NCBI GenBank assembly: GCA_026387175.1
Contig: JAPLME010000012.1
Span: 139,429-203,428, forward strand
Reading direction: 5' to 3'
Length of the DNA stretch: 64,000 nt
Source of the DNA: Candidatus Omnitrophota bacterium
GTDB taxonomy: Bacteria; Omnitrophota; Gorgyraeia; 2-01-FULL-45-10
The translations under genes and the position numbers were made by a program. Every line of letters starts with the position of its first letter. The first letter of the stretch is position 1. This document shows, in pieces, positions 1 through 10,600 of this stretch. Under the pieces are notes generated by a model that saw only the letters and a program-made list of their open reading frames with translations, searched no databases and was not told the DNA's origin.

Positions 1-1300
1 TTTCGGAAAAGGCCGCCGCGCAACTGAAGGCCGAAGCAGATACCATCATACTGAACCACGCAAAAGGTTTGTTGGCGGAATGGTTTGAAGTAAATCCCAC
101 AGCCACCTTAGATGAAATAAACGCCAAGGCGGATGAAATCATCGGTGAGTTTAGGCTTTCAGAAAATAAAAAAAGCATAGACGATTTTAAAACCAAGATT
201 GCCGCAGCCGTATTGAATCACGCCAGAACAATATTGGCTAAATGGATTAAAGAAAATCCCGCGGCTAACATAGCGGATATAAATAAAAAAGTAAGAGAAA
301 TTATCGACGATTATAAAATTTCGGGAAGAGAGAAAGACGTCGTACATTTTAGGGCCGAAGCTTCCAGGATAATATTGAGCCGGGCGGGAGAACTATTTAT
401 GAATTGGTTCAAAGCTAATCCCGCAGCCACCATAGATGAAATAAACGCTATGGTAAATGAAACTATTAAAACGTTCAAATTTCCGCAGGAGGATGTCTCT
501 TTGGGAAAAGGGCCCACGCAGCCAAAAGCCACAGCTATCGAAGCCGTATTAAATAACGCAAAAAAATTATTAATGAAGTGGTTCAGGGTAAAACGCAAAG
601 TCACCATAGCTGAAATAAACGCCATGGTAAATAAAATTATCGGTGAAGGCATGCTTTCGAAAGAAGACACGGTACAATTCAGGACTGGGTCCATTATGGA
701 CTGCGCAAAAGAATTATTTAAGAAATGGCTTAAAGAAAGCCCCGCAGCCGCTATAGTTGAGATAAACGCTGAGATAGATAAAATTATTGATAATTATAAA
801 TTTTCGAAAGAAGCCTCTATAAAATTTAAAGCCGAAGCTTCCAAAATTATATTAAGCCATGCGGAAGAACTATTGATGAATTGGTTCAAGGCTAATCCCG
901 CAGTCGCTATAGATGAGATAAACGCAATGTTAGAGGGTAGCATAGAGAGGTTCGGCTTCTCGGGAAAAACCGCAAGCCGCTTTAAAGCTGAATCCTTCAT
1001 AAGCTGCGCAAAAGAATTGTTAACGAAATGGCTTGAAGAAAATCCCAATGTTGCCATAAAAGAGATAAAAGCCGAGAAAAATAAAATTATCGGCAACCTT
1101 AAATTGTCGGAAGAAGCTGCCAAGCAATTTAGAGCCGAAGCTTCTAAAATTATATCAAATCACGCGGAAAAGTTATTAATGAGTTGGGTCAGGGCTAATC
1201 CCACAGTTGCTAAAGATGAAGCACACGCCAAGGTAATGGAAATTACCGGAAGACTGGGCATTTCTCCAAAGGAAGCCAGACGATTAACGGTCAAAATAAT
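1..1300 (+). repeat. Imperfect in-frame tandem coding repeats (~150-175 nt, at least 8 copies, continuing upstream of the window).
   Basis: Repeated nt blocks such as aattggttcaaagctaatcccgcagccaccatagatgaaataaacgc (around 409, 886 and diverged copies). Protein periodicity WFKANPAA.IDEINAM...FRAEAS.IIL.HAEELLM. Confidence 0.75.
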
Positions 1301-4300
1301 GAACGAGCTAAATGTTCAAAAGCAAAAAGGAGAAGCTCCTAAGACAGCGCCAATCGTGATGCACGCCGGCACTCCCGAAGGCCGATATGACGTAGCTACC
1401 GTGAAAGTCATTGATGGGAAGCTACAGGATTACAAAGGCATAGATAATGGCATGCAGGAGGCCCTGACAACGCTATTGAAAAGAATCACGAATAAGGACA
1501 TTGAAGCGAAAGTCGCCGAGCTTCTTGGCGATGAAGCCGCAAGAAAAGGACTATTAGAAGGTAAGGCCATAAGAATAGTTCAGGATAATGACCGGCTAAT
1601 GCACTTTACGGAAGGTCCGGATGTCATAACTATAGATATAGATGCACTAAGATATAGCGAACTTCTATTCATGGAATTCATTCACGAATTATTGCACGCA
1701 AAACTTGCCGCGATTCCGACCAGAGCAGGACCTATCGAGGAAGAGATAACTGTTACTACGCTCGAAATCGAGCTCTTCCTGATATTCCCGCAAGATATTC
1801 AGACTAAAATCCTCGAGACCCTCAAAGCAGATAATGACTTAGATGACCAGCAATTCTATAAGATCCTGGAAAAAGCCCAAGTTCAGGGCGCTGCTGCCAT
1901 AACAGGCGATATACGAGGATACGTAATAGGCCTTACTGCGATCAATCAATCGATGACCGCCGAAGAGATATGGGCGGCGTTGTGCGCAATGGATGGTTCG
2001 GAGCTTCCGGAGCTTAAAAAGTTTTCAACAAGGCAGGGCCAGACCATATTTGATCATGTCTACGGTCTAGTCACATTTGAAGAGGAATTGAATATAGCTG
2101 TAAATATGGCTGATACTGTTCAGGGAGAAGCCAGGGCCATGGAAGCTGTAATTTCGAAAAAGGATGCCCGCACCGATGCAACAGGTAAGCCTTCGGTTGA
2201 GCGCTTGGATCCGGCTAAAGTAGACGCATTCATTAGATATTATAATAATATCGTCAAGGGCCCGGATGGCGCTAGAAAGCTCTTCCTGTTAAGACTCGCT
2301 ATCGCGCTTCATGATATAGGCAAGGTAGAGGGTAGAGGCGAAGACAGAGCCGCGCATTATAGGCATGCCGCACCAGTTATAGAAAAGCTCTATAAGGATG
2401 GGATTATTACAGATGAAGAAGCGCGTTTTGTTCTAGCGCTCATTTATCTGCACGATACTTTTAACACGCTGCACTTCGGCGAGGTGCTACCAGCTCATAT
2501 AAAAGAATATCTCCAAGGGCCCAACGTCAACGTCTCTGAAGCGAAGTATTATGAGCTAGCACCGCTCCTTTATATATTCGATGTCGGCTCAGTCGAGAAA
2601 GGCTTGATATCGGATAGCCATCTCGCTAATGCGGTCTATCTCTCCAGCCCTGCCAATATAGCGAATCTTATGGATAATTGGGACGCTATACGTTTTTACG
2701 AAGGTTTCTGCGGAGAGGGAAATAAAGTCATAGATTTCTCCGCGCCTCGTGGCTCAACTATGTCGTTTAATCTGGATCCGGCGCTTAATTCACTTAGCTC
2801 GGTAGATAAAGCGCGTCTAAGCAGATTTTTAAGAGAGAAGGTGGCGTTTACCGGCCAGGCCATATTCATTTTCAGGTACATGAACGAATTGGCTAAGAAC
2901 GATCCTGATAAGCCGGGTGCGCTTGTGAAATTCTTACTTTTAATGGAGCGGGTATTGGCGGCCAACCCGAGTATAAATATTATACACTTTACACCGACCG
3001 GAGATCGGACTACAAAAGAATTTGCGGAACTATTATATAACCATGTAAAGAGCATGACACCGGCCCTTGCGGCGCCGGATCAGCTTACGCAAAATATCGC
3101 GGCACAGCTCGATCTGCCGATCACAGTAGAAGACGGAATGCTCGTCATAAATACTCAGTTAGCAATGGCTGCTAAGGCGGCTGCAATTGAAGCTCTTCCC
3201 CAGGCGATGTCGGTGGTAGAGGAGGAGAAACCGCTGGAAATCACGGATATAGGGACGACCGGCACTCATAACGATAAATATAGGGATCGGCATACTAAGA
3301 GTAGGATACTGGTCGATATTACTAACGGAAGATATATAAGGGTGACCTATAATAATGGAGAGCTGCAGATAGCGGGTGTCGATATAGGAAAGAATGCCTC
3401 TCCGATAGATCATGTCCTGCAAGACCGGCTCAGCGAGCTTAATAAGAGCAAAACATTCAAAGATTTCCTGGGCGCCAATAAAGATTTACTCGGAAACCTC
3501 TCTTTCTACCTGCTTGAGGCCGATGCCGCCGCAAAATATTCTAAATACCCGCATATCCTGACGGTTATCGGTGATCAGTATGATTTCGCATGGTCCGGAA
3601 CCCACGATGGCAGCGAACAGGCGGTTTATATAACAAGGGCATTCTTCACCGATATCGATATGAAGCTCATTATTGATGTCCTGAAGAATCAGATACTGCT
3701 GGCGAGTGTGCGATATGATGCATGGCAGAAGAGCAGGAAGCTGCCGTTCGGCGATATAAATTCGAAAAAAGTCCATGAGATCATGGCTCGCCTTCGCGAA
3801 ACATCAATAGTAAAGAAGGACCTGAAGGCCATCTATAGATATGATGTAGAAATAAGCAGGGTGTATTTTATAAATATACATACTTGCAACGAGATTATTA
3901 AACTTATGAAGAAGGTAAGAGACAGTATGCCGGCCTTCGCGCCCGCGGCCATGAACTACGAGACCGCGGCTAAATTCAAAGAGGCCATCATTAAGCATGA
4001 TTTCGACAGTGCTATACACGAATGGGGTATTCTGACCTATGACCTCAGAGAACTTGCTTTAAATAGCGATCAAATGTCGAAGGAGTTACTGGAAAAGAAG
4101 GAAGTAAAGCTTTTCCTTGCGCTGGCGGGAGGCATAAACAGCATCTTCAATAAGTATATGCTTAACCAGGGCATATCCAATCAAGAGGGCCTGGAAACAG
4201 GCAAGGTTGTCGGCAGGGTCAGGGTGGTGGCCGATATAGATAAAATAGAGAAAGAGTTCAAGAATGCCAAGGGCGACGAGATATGGGTTATACCGTATTT

Positions 4301-7300
4301 GCCTTTCCGCTCCGATATACCCGGCGTGGGCTGTATCATAAGCATCGCCGGAAACAGGCATGCTATCGATAGCGCCAAAGTCCAGGGCATACCTCTTGCG
4401 GTCGTTCCTAATGCAGTTGAGCTCTTGCGTGATTTTGAGCTTTCGACAGGCATGCTGCGTGTCGATTCTGACGGAGGCGCCCACTTCAGGAAAGCATTCC
4501 AAGGAGAAACAGGCGAGCCTGCGGTCAAGGAGAAGGTGCATATAACCGTTCCAAAAGCCAAAGTGGGAAAGAAGCTTATCTATAGACTTGATGAAGTGGA
4601 TCGTAACTTTGTCAGCTATGTGGGCTCTAAAACGGCTAACCTTGGAGAGATGATAAGCAATGGCGTGAATATACCGGAGGGTATCGCGCCCACAGTCGCT
4701 TTCTGGGACAAATTCAGTAAATATAACGGGCTCGATGAAAAGATAACCGCCCTGAGGCAGAAAATAGAGGTAAAGTCAGGAAAGATTGTAACGCCGCCTG
4801 ATAAAGTAAGAGAGACGTTGGCGGAAATAAAGAAAGTTATAATGAACGGTTCATTCCCCAAAGAGATCGAAGAAGTATTATTTACCGAAATAAATAAGAT
4901 GCGCGATAAATATGGCAGAGTAAGTTTCTATGTTCGTTCTTCGTTCAATTTCGAAGATCTGCCGGAGAATTCTATGGCGGGTCATTATGATTCTTATCCG
5001 TCAGATGAACAGATGGATACTAACTCGGATGAGGGCATACTTCGAGCGATTAAGTTAGTCTTTGCCTCGAAATGGAATGAGATAGCGTTTAATACGCGTG
5101 CATCGAACCGTGTTGACGATGGGGATGTTGAGCCTGCCCTTATTATTCAGGTGCCGGTGAAGGCGAAATATGCGGGTATCATGTATACTGCCGATCCCGT
5201 ATCTTCTAATTTTAACAAGATATCGATTATGGCAAGCCATGGACAGGGCGCCAGCGTGGTCGATAAGAAGGGAAGGCCAGCCGAGGTCAGCGTAGACAAA
5301 ACACTTACGGTAGATCAGGGCACATGGGTTGTTCAGGAGACATCACGCGTTCCCAGGGCGTACCGTTTTAAAGACGGCATTATCGAAGATACATATGTGA
5401 CCGCGGAAGAGCAGCGAGAGCATATACTTACCCCAAAACTTATTTCGATCCTGAAGAAAGCGAGTGAGCAGATAGAGGAGCTCTACGGTTTCTGGCCGCA
5501 GGATATAGAGTGGGTGCTTGACCAATCCGGCTGTTTATGGATAGTCCAGTCCAGGCCTATGCGTACGAATGTTTTACCTGCGGATAACATGATCAAAAAC
5601 GGTATGGACGCCAAAGTATATCAGGTGAATGAAGATGCCCTTATAGGCTTAAAAGAGTCGCTTCGTGAACCTGCGAACCCTGCCACCGCAGAGAAATTGA
5701 TAAATGCTCTCCACCTGGATATACCTACAAGAGAACTTATAAGTAAAATGCCGGTAAAGTACGGAGAGAGGATCGTTTCCGCGCGATATCTCGAGTTTAT
5801 GGCAGGTAACCACAAATTCGCGAATACCTTTACGCCCGAAATGATCAACGCGATTATAAAAAATATATCCGAAGATAGAAAGGCCATAATAGTCGATGCC
5901 GGGGCCATGCCTCAAATACTTGCCGCGCTAAGGAAGATAGCGCTTAATAGCGATAATACCGAAGTGAAAGAAGCGATAAAGGAATTCTTTATTAAGTATC
6001 TAGGAACGATGAATACCATAGCGGTGTCTCATACAATAAATATAGAAATAGCGAAAGCTCTTGTCGAATATCGGGAGTATGATCTGGCGCTAGCTAAGTT
6101 AAGGTCAGCGGAAAACTGTGAAGGGCAGCCGGATGTCGCCGATCTTACCATAAGAGTCCTGGCGGATATACCGACCAAAGAGTCCATAGAAAGGCTCGAA
6201 GGGTTCTTGTCAATCAATGGCGCTAACAGCTGGGTGGCAGAGTATGCCCGGAGAGTAATAAACAGATTGAAGATTTCTATAAGTGAGGCAGAAAGCACCG
6301 CCGCTCGAAAAGCGGCTGCAAGTGCGGCTTATGATGCCGCACTTGAGCAGAGAATGCTTCTTCTTCCGCCTGCGCCGGTTGCACTGCAGCTTCCCGCTCC
6401 GGAATTTATCATCGCCTTGCCGAAAGTAAATGAGGCGACTGATGCTAAAAATATGCAGATTATCAAAGATACTATTGAAGGAGCTCCGGCGCTTAAAGGA
6501 ATCGCGAAGATAGAGTTCGTCCCGAATGTTGATGCGTTTAACTCACGTATTGTGGGTGGCAATGTTAATGGTATCTTCCTTGATCTGAGCATGCTCGAAA
6601 ATGGCACTCTAAAAGAGCTACAGAGCGTATTGAATGAAGTTACAATTAGCGCCTCAGCCATCTTTGTAAGCCCAAGGACCAGAGAAGAGCTTGAGCGCAT
6701 ATTGAAAGATATCGCCGCCACACTCGATGAGATAGCCAAATTTGATATTGATGAAGCTGCCCGAGCTCAGCGTGGGGCCGATTATAAAGATCAGTTGCAA
6801 CATAGGCTTGCAGGCCAAATTAAGTCGTTAGGGACAGCCCTGGCAGTCAGAAAAGAAGCCGTAGCTCCTGTTTATAATTCCGCGCCTTTCGTTGATAAAG
6901 CTACGCTCGCGAACAAGACTTATGCGCTGGCTACAACCGAGAAGGTGGCGCTCTCCAATATGTTCGCCGCCGGCAATATGCAGAAGGCCGGAGATATGGG
7001 TGTGATTAACTGCTTTGTCTACGGTGAGATATTAAAAACCGAAGGTGAGGCGCGAGCATTCTTAATGGCGTCAGGCTATGAAGGCGATATTAACAATGTC
7101 AAGTTCGTGGATAAGCGTGGTCTCTCATACGAAGGCGTGAGAACCGCTATTATGACTAAAACGGGTGTGGAGTCGGTGAATATGGGTATAGCATACGCTA
7201 AAGATGAGCTGGGTGCGGTGGCTGCAGTCAAAGGCGAGAAGCTCCTCGAGATGAAGGAGATAGACATGGGCGGCGTGAAGGTTGTTGCCTCCATCAACTA

Positions 7301-7502
7301 CTATCAGACGCTCTTGCAGATGGTCACTACATCTACAGATCTACTGGATAAGATGATAGCTGACGGACAGCTGCCTCCGGGCGTCACCTATGACAGCGTT
7401 AAGCGCATATTCACATATCTGCCCAAAGCCCTGCCGATAGACTACGGCAGAGAGATCGAGACTTACAGGAATGCCGTAAATGCGATACGCACCGCGGCGT
7501 AA
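1..7502 (+). CDS. Giant secreted multidomain protein, 5'-truncated (>2477 aa). It has N-terminal tandem ~50-58 aa repeats, an HExxH module, an HD phosphohydrolase domain, and a PEP-utilising/PPDK-N-like ATP-grasp domain.
   Basis: The frame is open from nt 3, so the ORF runs off the 5' edge. Repeat signature W[FL]KxNPxxxIxEINA recurs about every 150-175 nt between 1 and ~1300. FIHELLH (HExxH) at 1683-1697. LHDIGK...YLHD (HD) around 2310. GSKTANLGEM, ALIIQVPV and PQDIEWVLDQSGCLWIVQSRP (4620-5555) match pyruvate phosphate dikinase/PEP synthase N-domain motifs. Confidence 0.8.
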   Translation, partial: SEKAAAQLKAEADTIILNHAKGLLAEWFEVNPTATLDEINAKADEIIGEFRLSENKKSIDDFKTKIAAAVLNHARTILAKWIKENPAANIADINKKVREIIDDYKISGREKDVVHFRAEASRIILSRAGELFMNWFKANPAATIDEINAMVNETIKTFKFPQEDVSLGKGPTQPKATAIEAVLNNAKKLLMKWFRVKRKVTIAEINAMVNKIIGEGMLSKEDTVQFRTGSIMDCAKELFKKWLKESPAAAIVEINAEIDKIIDNYKFSKEASIKFKAEASKIILSHAEELLMNWFKANPAVAIDEINAMLEGSIERFGFSGKTASRFKAESFISCAKELLTKWLEENPNVAIKEIKAEKNKIIGNLKLSEEAAKQFRAEASKIISNHAEKLLMSWVRANPTVAKDEAHAKVMEITGRLGISPKEARRLTVKIMNELNVQKQKGEAPKTAPIVMHAGTPEGRYDVATVKVIDGKLQDYKGIDNGMQEALTTLLKRITNKDIEAKVAELLGDEAARKGLLEGKAIRIVQDNDRLMHFTEGPDVITIDIDALRYSELLFMEFIHELLHAKLAAIPTRAGPIEEEITVTTLEIELFLIFPQDIQTKILETLKADNDLDDQQFYKILEKAQVQGAAAITGDIRGYVIGLTAINQSMTAEEIWAALCAMDGSELPELKKFSTRQGQTIFDHVYGLVTFEEELNIAVNMADTVQGEARAMEAVISKKDARTDATGKPSVERLDPAKVDAFIRYYNNIVKGPDGARKLFLLRLAIALHDIGKVEGRGEDRAAHYRHAAPVIEKLYKDGIITDEEARFVLALIYLHDTFNTLHFGEVLPAHIKEYLQGPNVNVSEAKYYELAPLLYIFDVGSVEKGLISDSHLANAVYLSSPANIANLMDNWDAIRFYEGFCGEGNKVIDFSAPRGSTMSFNLDPALNSLSSVDKARLSRFLREKVAFTGQAIFIFRYMNELAKNDPDKPGALVKFLLLMERVLAANPSINIIHFTPTGDRTTKEFAELLYNHVKSMTPALAAPDQLTQNIAAQLDLPITVEDGMLVINTQLAMAAKAAAIEALPQAMSVVEEEKPLEITDIGTTGTHNDKYRDRHTKSRILVDITNGRYIRVTYNNGELQIAGVDIGKNASPIDHVLQDRLSELNKSKTFKDFLGANKDLLGNLSFYLLEADAAAKYSKYPHILTVIGDQYDFAWSGTHDGSEQAVYITRAFFTDIDMKLIIDVLKNQILLASVRYDAWQKSRKLPFGDINSKKVHEIMARLRETSIVKKDLKAIYRYDVEISRVYFINIHTCNEIIKLMKKVRDSMPAFAPAAMNYETAAKFKEAIIKHDFDSAIHEWGILTYDLRELALNSDQMSKELLEKKEVKLFLALAGGINSIFNKYMLNQGISNQEGLETGKVVGRVRVVADIDKIEKEFKNAKGDEIWVIPYLPFRSDIPGVGCIISIAGNRHAIDSAKVQGIPLAVVPNAVELLRDFELSTGMLRVDSDGGAHFRKAFQGETGEPAVKEKVHITVPKAKVGKKLIYRLDEVDRNFVSYVGSKTANLGEMISNGVNIPEGIAPTVAFWDKFSKYNGLDEKITALRQKIEVKSGKIVTPPDKVRETLAEIKKVIMNGSFPKEIEEVLFTEINKMRDKYGRVSFYVRSSFNFEDLPENSMAGHYDSYPSDEQMDTNSDEGILRAIKLVFASKWNEIAFNTRASNRVDDGDVEPALIIQVPVKAKYAGIMYTADPVSSNFNKISIMASHGQGASVVDKKGRPAEVSVDKTLTVDQGTWVVQETSRVPRAYRFKDGIIEDTYVTAEEQREHILTPKLISILKKASEQIEELYGFWPQDIEWVLDQSGCLWIVQSRPMRTNVLPADNMIKNGMDAKVYQVNEDALIGLKESLREPANPATAEKLINALHLDIPTRELISKMPVKYGERIVSARYLEFMAGNHKFANTFTPEMINAIIKNISEDRKAIIVDAGAMPQILAALRKIALNSDNTEVKEAIKEFFIKYLGTMNTIAVSHTINIEIAKALVEYREYDLALAKLRSAENCEGQPDVADLTIRVLADIPTKESIERLEGFLSINGANSWVAEYARRVINRLKISISEAESTAARKAAASAAYDAALEQRMLLLPPAPVALQLPAPEFIIALPKVNEATDAKNMQIIKDTIEGAPALKGIAKIEFVPNVDAFNSRIVGGNVNGIFLDLSMLENGTLKELQSVLNEVTISASAIFVSPRTREELERILKDIAATLDEIAKFDIDEAARAQRGADYKDQLQHRLAGQIKSLGTALAVRKEAVAPVYNSAPFVDKATLANKTYALATTEKVALSNMFAAGNMQKAGDMGVINCFVYGEILKTEGEARAFLMASGYEGDINNVKFVDKRGLSYEGVRTAIMTKTGVESVNMGIAYAKDELGAVAAVKGEKLLEMKEIDMGGVKVVASINYYQTLLQMVTTSTDLLDKMIADGQLPPGVTYDSVKRIFTYLPKALPIDYGREIETYRNAVNAIRTAA

Positions 7503-7578
7503 TCCTTCTATATACAATCTAGCCAAAGGCAAACCTATGGTGACATAGGGGCGCAAAGCGATTGGGTCTAGATATCCT

Positions 7579-7625
7579 AGATAGCCAAGCTGCCTGGAAC
7601 AAAGGTAGCTTGGCTATCTATTTAA
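7579..7625 (+). terminator. Probable rho-independent terminator after the first giant gene.
   Basis: Stem atagccaagct / agcttggctat with a 15-nt loop, followed by ctattt. The T-tract is weak. Confidence 0.5.
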
Positions 7626-7660
7626 AGCTTCAAAAACCAGCCTAATAAAAAGGACTTTGT

Positions 7661-10600
7661 ATGAGTAGAGCAAAAAACTCAAACTTGTTTAAAGCCCTAT
7701 CTCTCATCTTAATAAGCACATTTCTATCTCTTGATATATCATATGCATATCCTCCCGAACATAATGCCAATGATTCCACGTTAGCTATTCCTTCTGTTTT
7801 GCAACAAACGCCTATAAATGAGCAAGCTGCACAATTACAACAGACTGTATTATCCCAAGGCAAGTTATTGGGCGCTGTTTGCAGTATAGGTAAATATCTT
7901 TTAGAAGATAAGCTCCCGATTAAGTATTTAAGGCAGGTTATCTCAGCGGAACTTGGCAAGGCCATTGAGGATATAGACTTGTCTCAAGTTACTGTTAAAG
8001 ATGGTGCTGCGTTCATCCCGTGCGTGATAAACAACAGAAAGCGCATCGTTCAGCTGGCTCTGAAAAATAGCCTTGCTGTAAAAAACTTAACGGGTGATGA
8101 ATGGGCCGCATCTGAGAGATATACAATAAAAATTGCTCCAGAGAAGAAGGAGCAATCGAATAGAACAATAGAGCCCCATTCACCAAAAAATATTGACGAA
8201 CAGAATATAGGATTATTTCAATCCACCCTGATAAAACGAATAGTGCAAGAGTTTGATTTAGGTGAGATTTTGAATATTGATTTCATAAACGGTGGTGGCG
8301 GAAGAATAAGCAGCCCCATTCCCAGAATCAAAACGGCAAAAGGCGTATTTTTGATAAAAAAACTGAAGAGAATGCGGGCGGATCAAAAAGGAGGCGAAGA
8401 AGACGCCTCCTTTATTATGGATTATGTGCATTATCTTATTCATCAAGGCATATCCATCCCCAGCGTTACTAAAAATGATTCAAACGGAAATGATCCCCGA
8501 GATTATTTTACAACATTTGATGTTACCACGCCCGGGGACAAAAATAAGAGATATGAATTTTATACCGTAGATAAATTTGTAGAAGGAAGATCTATCCTTC
8601 GTGAGGATTGTCCGCCGGAGACGCTTAAAGCGATCGGTAAAACGCTTGGGAAAATTCATAAAGTATCCGAAAATTTCCCCATCCGATTCAAGCTCGGCCC
8701 AGGACATTATAGTTTCTTATATTCAGTGAATGGAACGCTAGATCCTAAAGCGACTTGGTACGATAATTTGGACTCATACCTTAATCCTACAGAAAAGAAT
8801 ATCATAAGCGAAGCAATGAAAGAGATAAGAAATTATTGGAGTGAGCATGATATTAATAAAATTTCCAAACCCCAGACCATACCAAGCGATATGAATATGG
8901 CAAATATCATTTTTAACGAAAGCGGTACCGAAATACGCGCTATCTTTGATTGGGATAACGCGCGTCCCAATAGTTATAGGATAGAGGACTTTTTTGCTAC
9001 GTTATGTCATGGAGGAAGACCCCGAACCGCCAAATCATATGGCATTGCCGAAGACCTGCAGTATCTTTTACAAGGGTGGGAAGAGGGTTATGGCGGAAAA
9101 CTTGGAAAAAATGAGGAGGATTCGATTCCTCACCTCTTTGTTACAATCGTAATGGACCATATTCATGATTCTGCAGAAATATTAGCAAAGAAGGACCCGA
9201 ACGATAAATATACCGAGGATAATTTACATAACATTCTTGTGCCGGCATTGGCTAGTTTGATTAAAGGCATGATCGATAAAAAAAATACGCAGCAATATAC
9301 CCGCGAAGGCATTAAGTTGTGGTATGAACAATCAAGAAAAACTGAAAAACCGATAAAGGATTCGACATTTAATTTGACGTTGACAACTCTTTTTGGGGTT
9401 GAGTATAAGCCGGGGAGCGACGCAAGAGAAAATGCGGAATATGTCGTATCGGTGATGAATAAGTACCCCGATCGCATGGATGGGTTTATAAAAGATCTCT
9501 TCGAAGCCCTCGATAGAGGCGGACATTCGGCGACATGGTCCGGCAGATACGCGCCGCTTGCATTAGCCATGCATAATATATTGAAAGGTGGTAACGTTAA
9601 CCTCTATGATGTAGATGAGAGTTTTAATAAACTGAGCAAAGATATTCCTGAGATAGCATATCTGCTGAGTGCGTATCCTTTAACTGCCCGCGATCGCGCC
9701 GGACTTCCGCCATCCCCTGAATTCAAATTTAACGGAAATGTGCTCGCAAGCACACCTATAAAGATAATTGATTTCGGTAGCGCTCCGAAAGAGGACGGGC
9801 CTCCCGTTTTTACAACCTTGTTGAGCGTTCTGGAGCTTCTGCATCCCGGTAGATTTGATGCGGTTATAACTGATATTGTTTATCCTAAGTATCGTATTAC
9901 CGATACCGATGATATAGAGCCCGGTAGATATCAGTTTGTTGATGGAAAGGCTGATATAACGGTAAAGAAATACGGCGCTGACTGTAAGATTACGTGTTTC
10001 GATGCCTTAGCGGATGGTACCGATGGCAAATATAATGTCGTATCAGATTCATACAACTCATCTGAAAAGTATGATTTTGTGATTGCGAGCAACCTTGTAG
10101 CAGGATATATGGGCCCTAAATATCAAGGACAAACAGGGCGAGGAATAGAAGTTAACGGCAAGCGCCTGCTAAGAGAAGACGGCAATGATCAAAAGTACGA
10201 TCTTAATGACGACCAGGAAAGAATAATAAAGAATCTTCTTAAGAGTCTTAAGCCTAATGGAATACTGTTCTTTAACCCGAGCGGAACGGCCATCGACCGT
10301 AGCACAGATCACGTATTTCAGGTGATCCAAAATAAAGACGGTAGCTATGTCGTTTTTGATAACGTTATCCCATACACAACAAGCCCCGAATGCCTGATGA
10401 CGCCTTTCAATAATCTTGCCGATTATCTGCCTAAGGAAAAACGGCATTTGATAGAAGAAATCCTTCCTAAGGACAAAGCCTCATCAGACGAAATAAAAAA
10501 ATTGTTTACTCACGCCTTCTCGCTTGCTTACCATTATCAGAATAATGGCCATTCAATATGGGCCAATATGTCAAAGGCTTCTTGCGCGATCGGCATGGGG

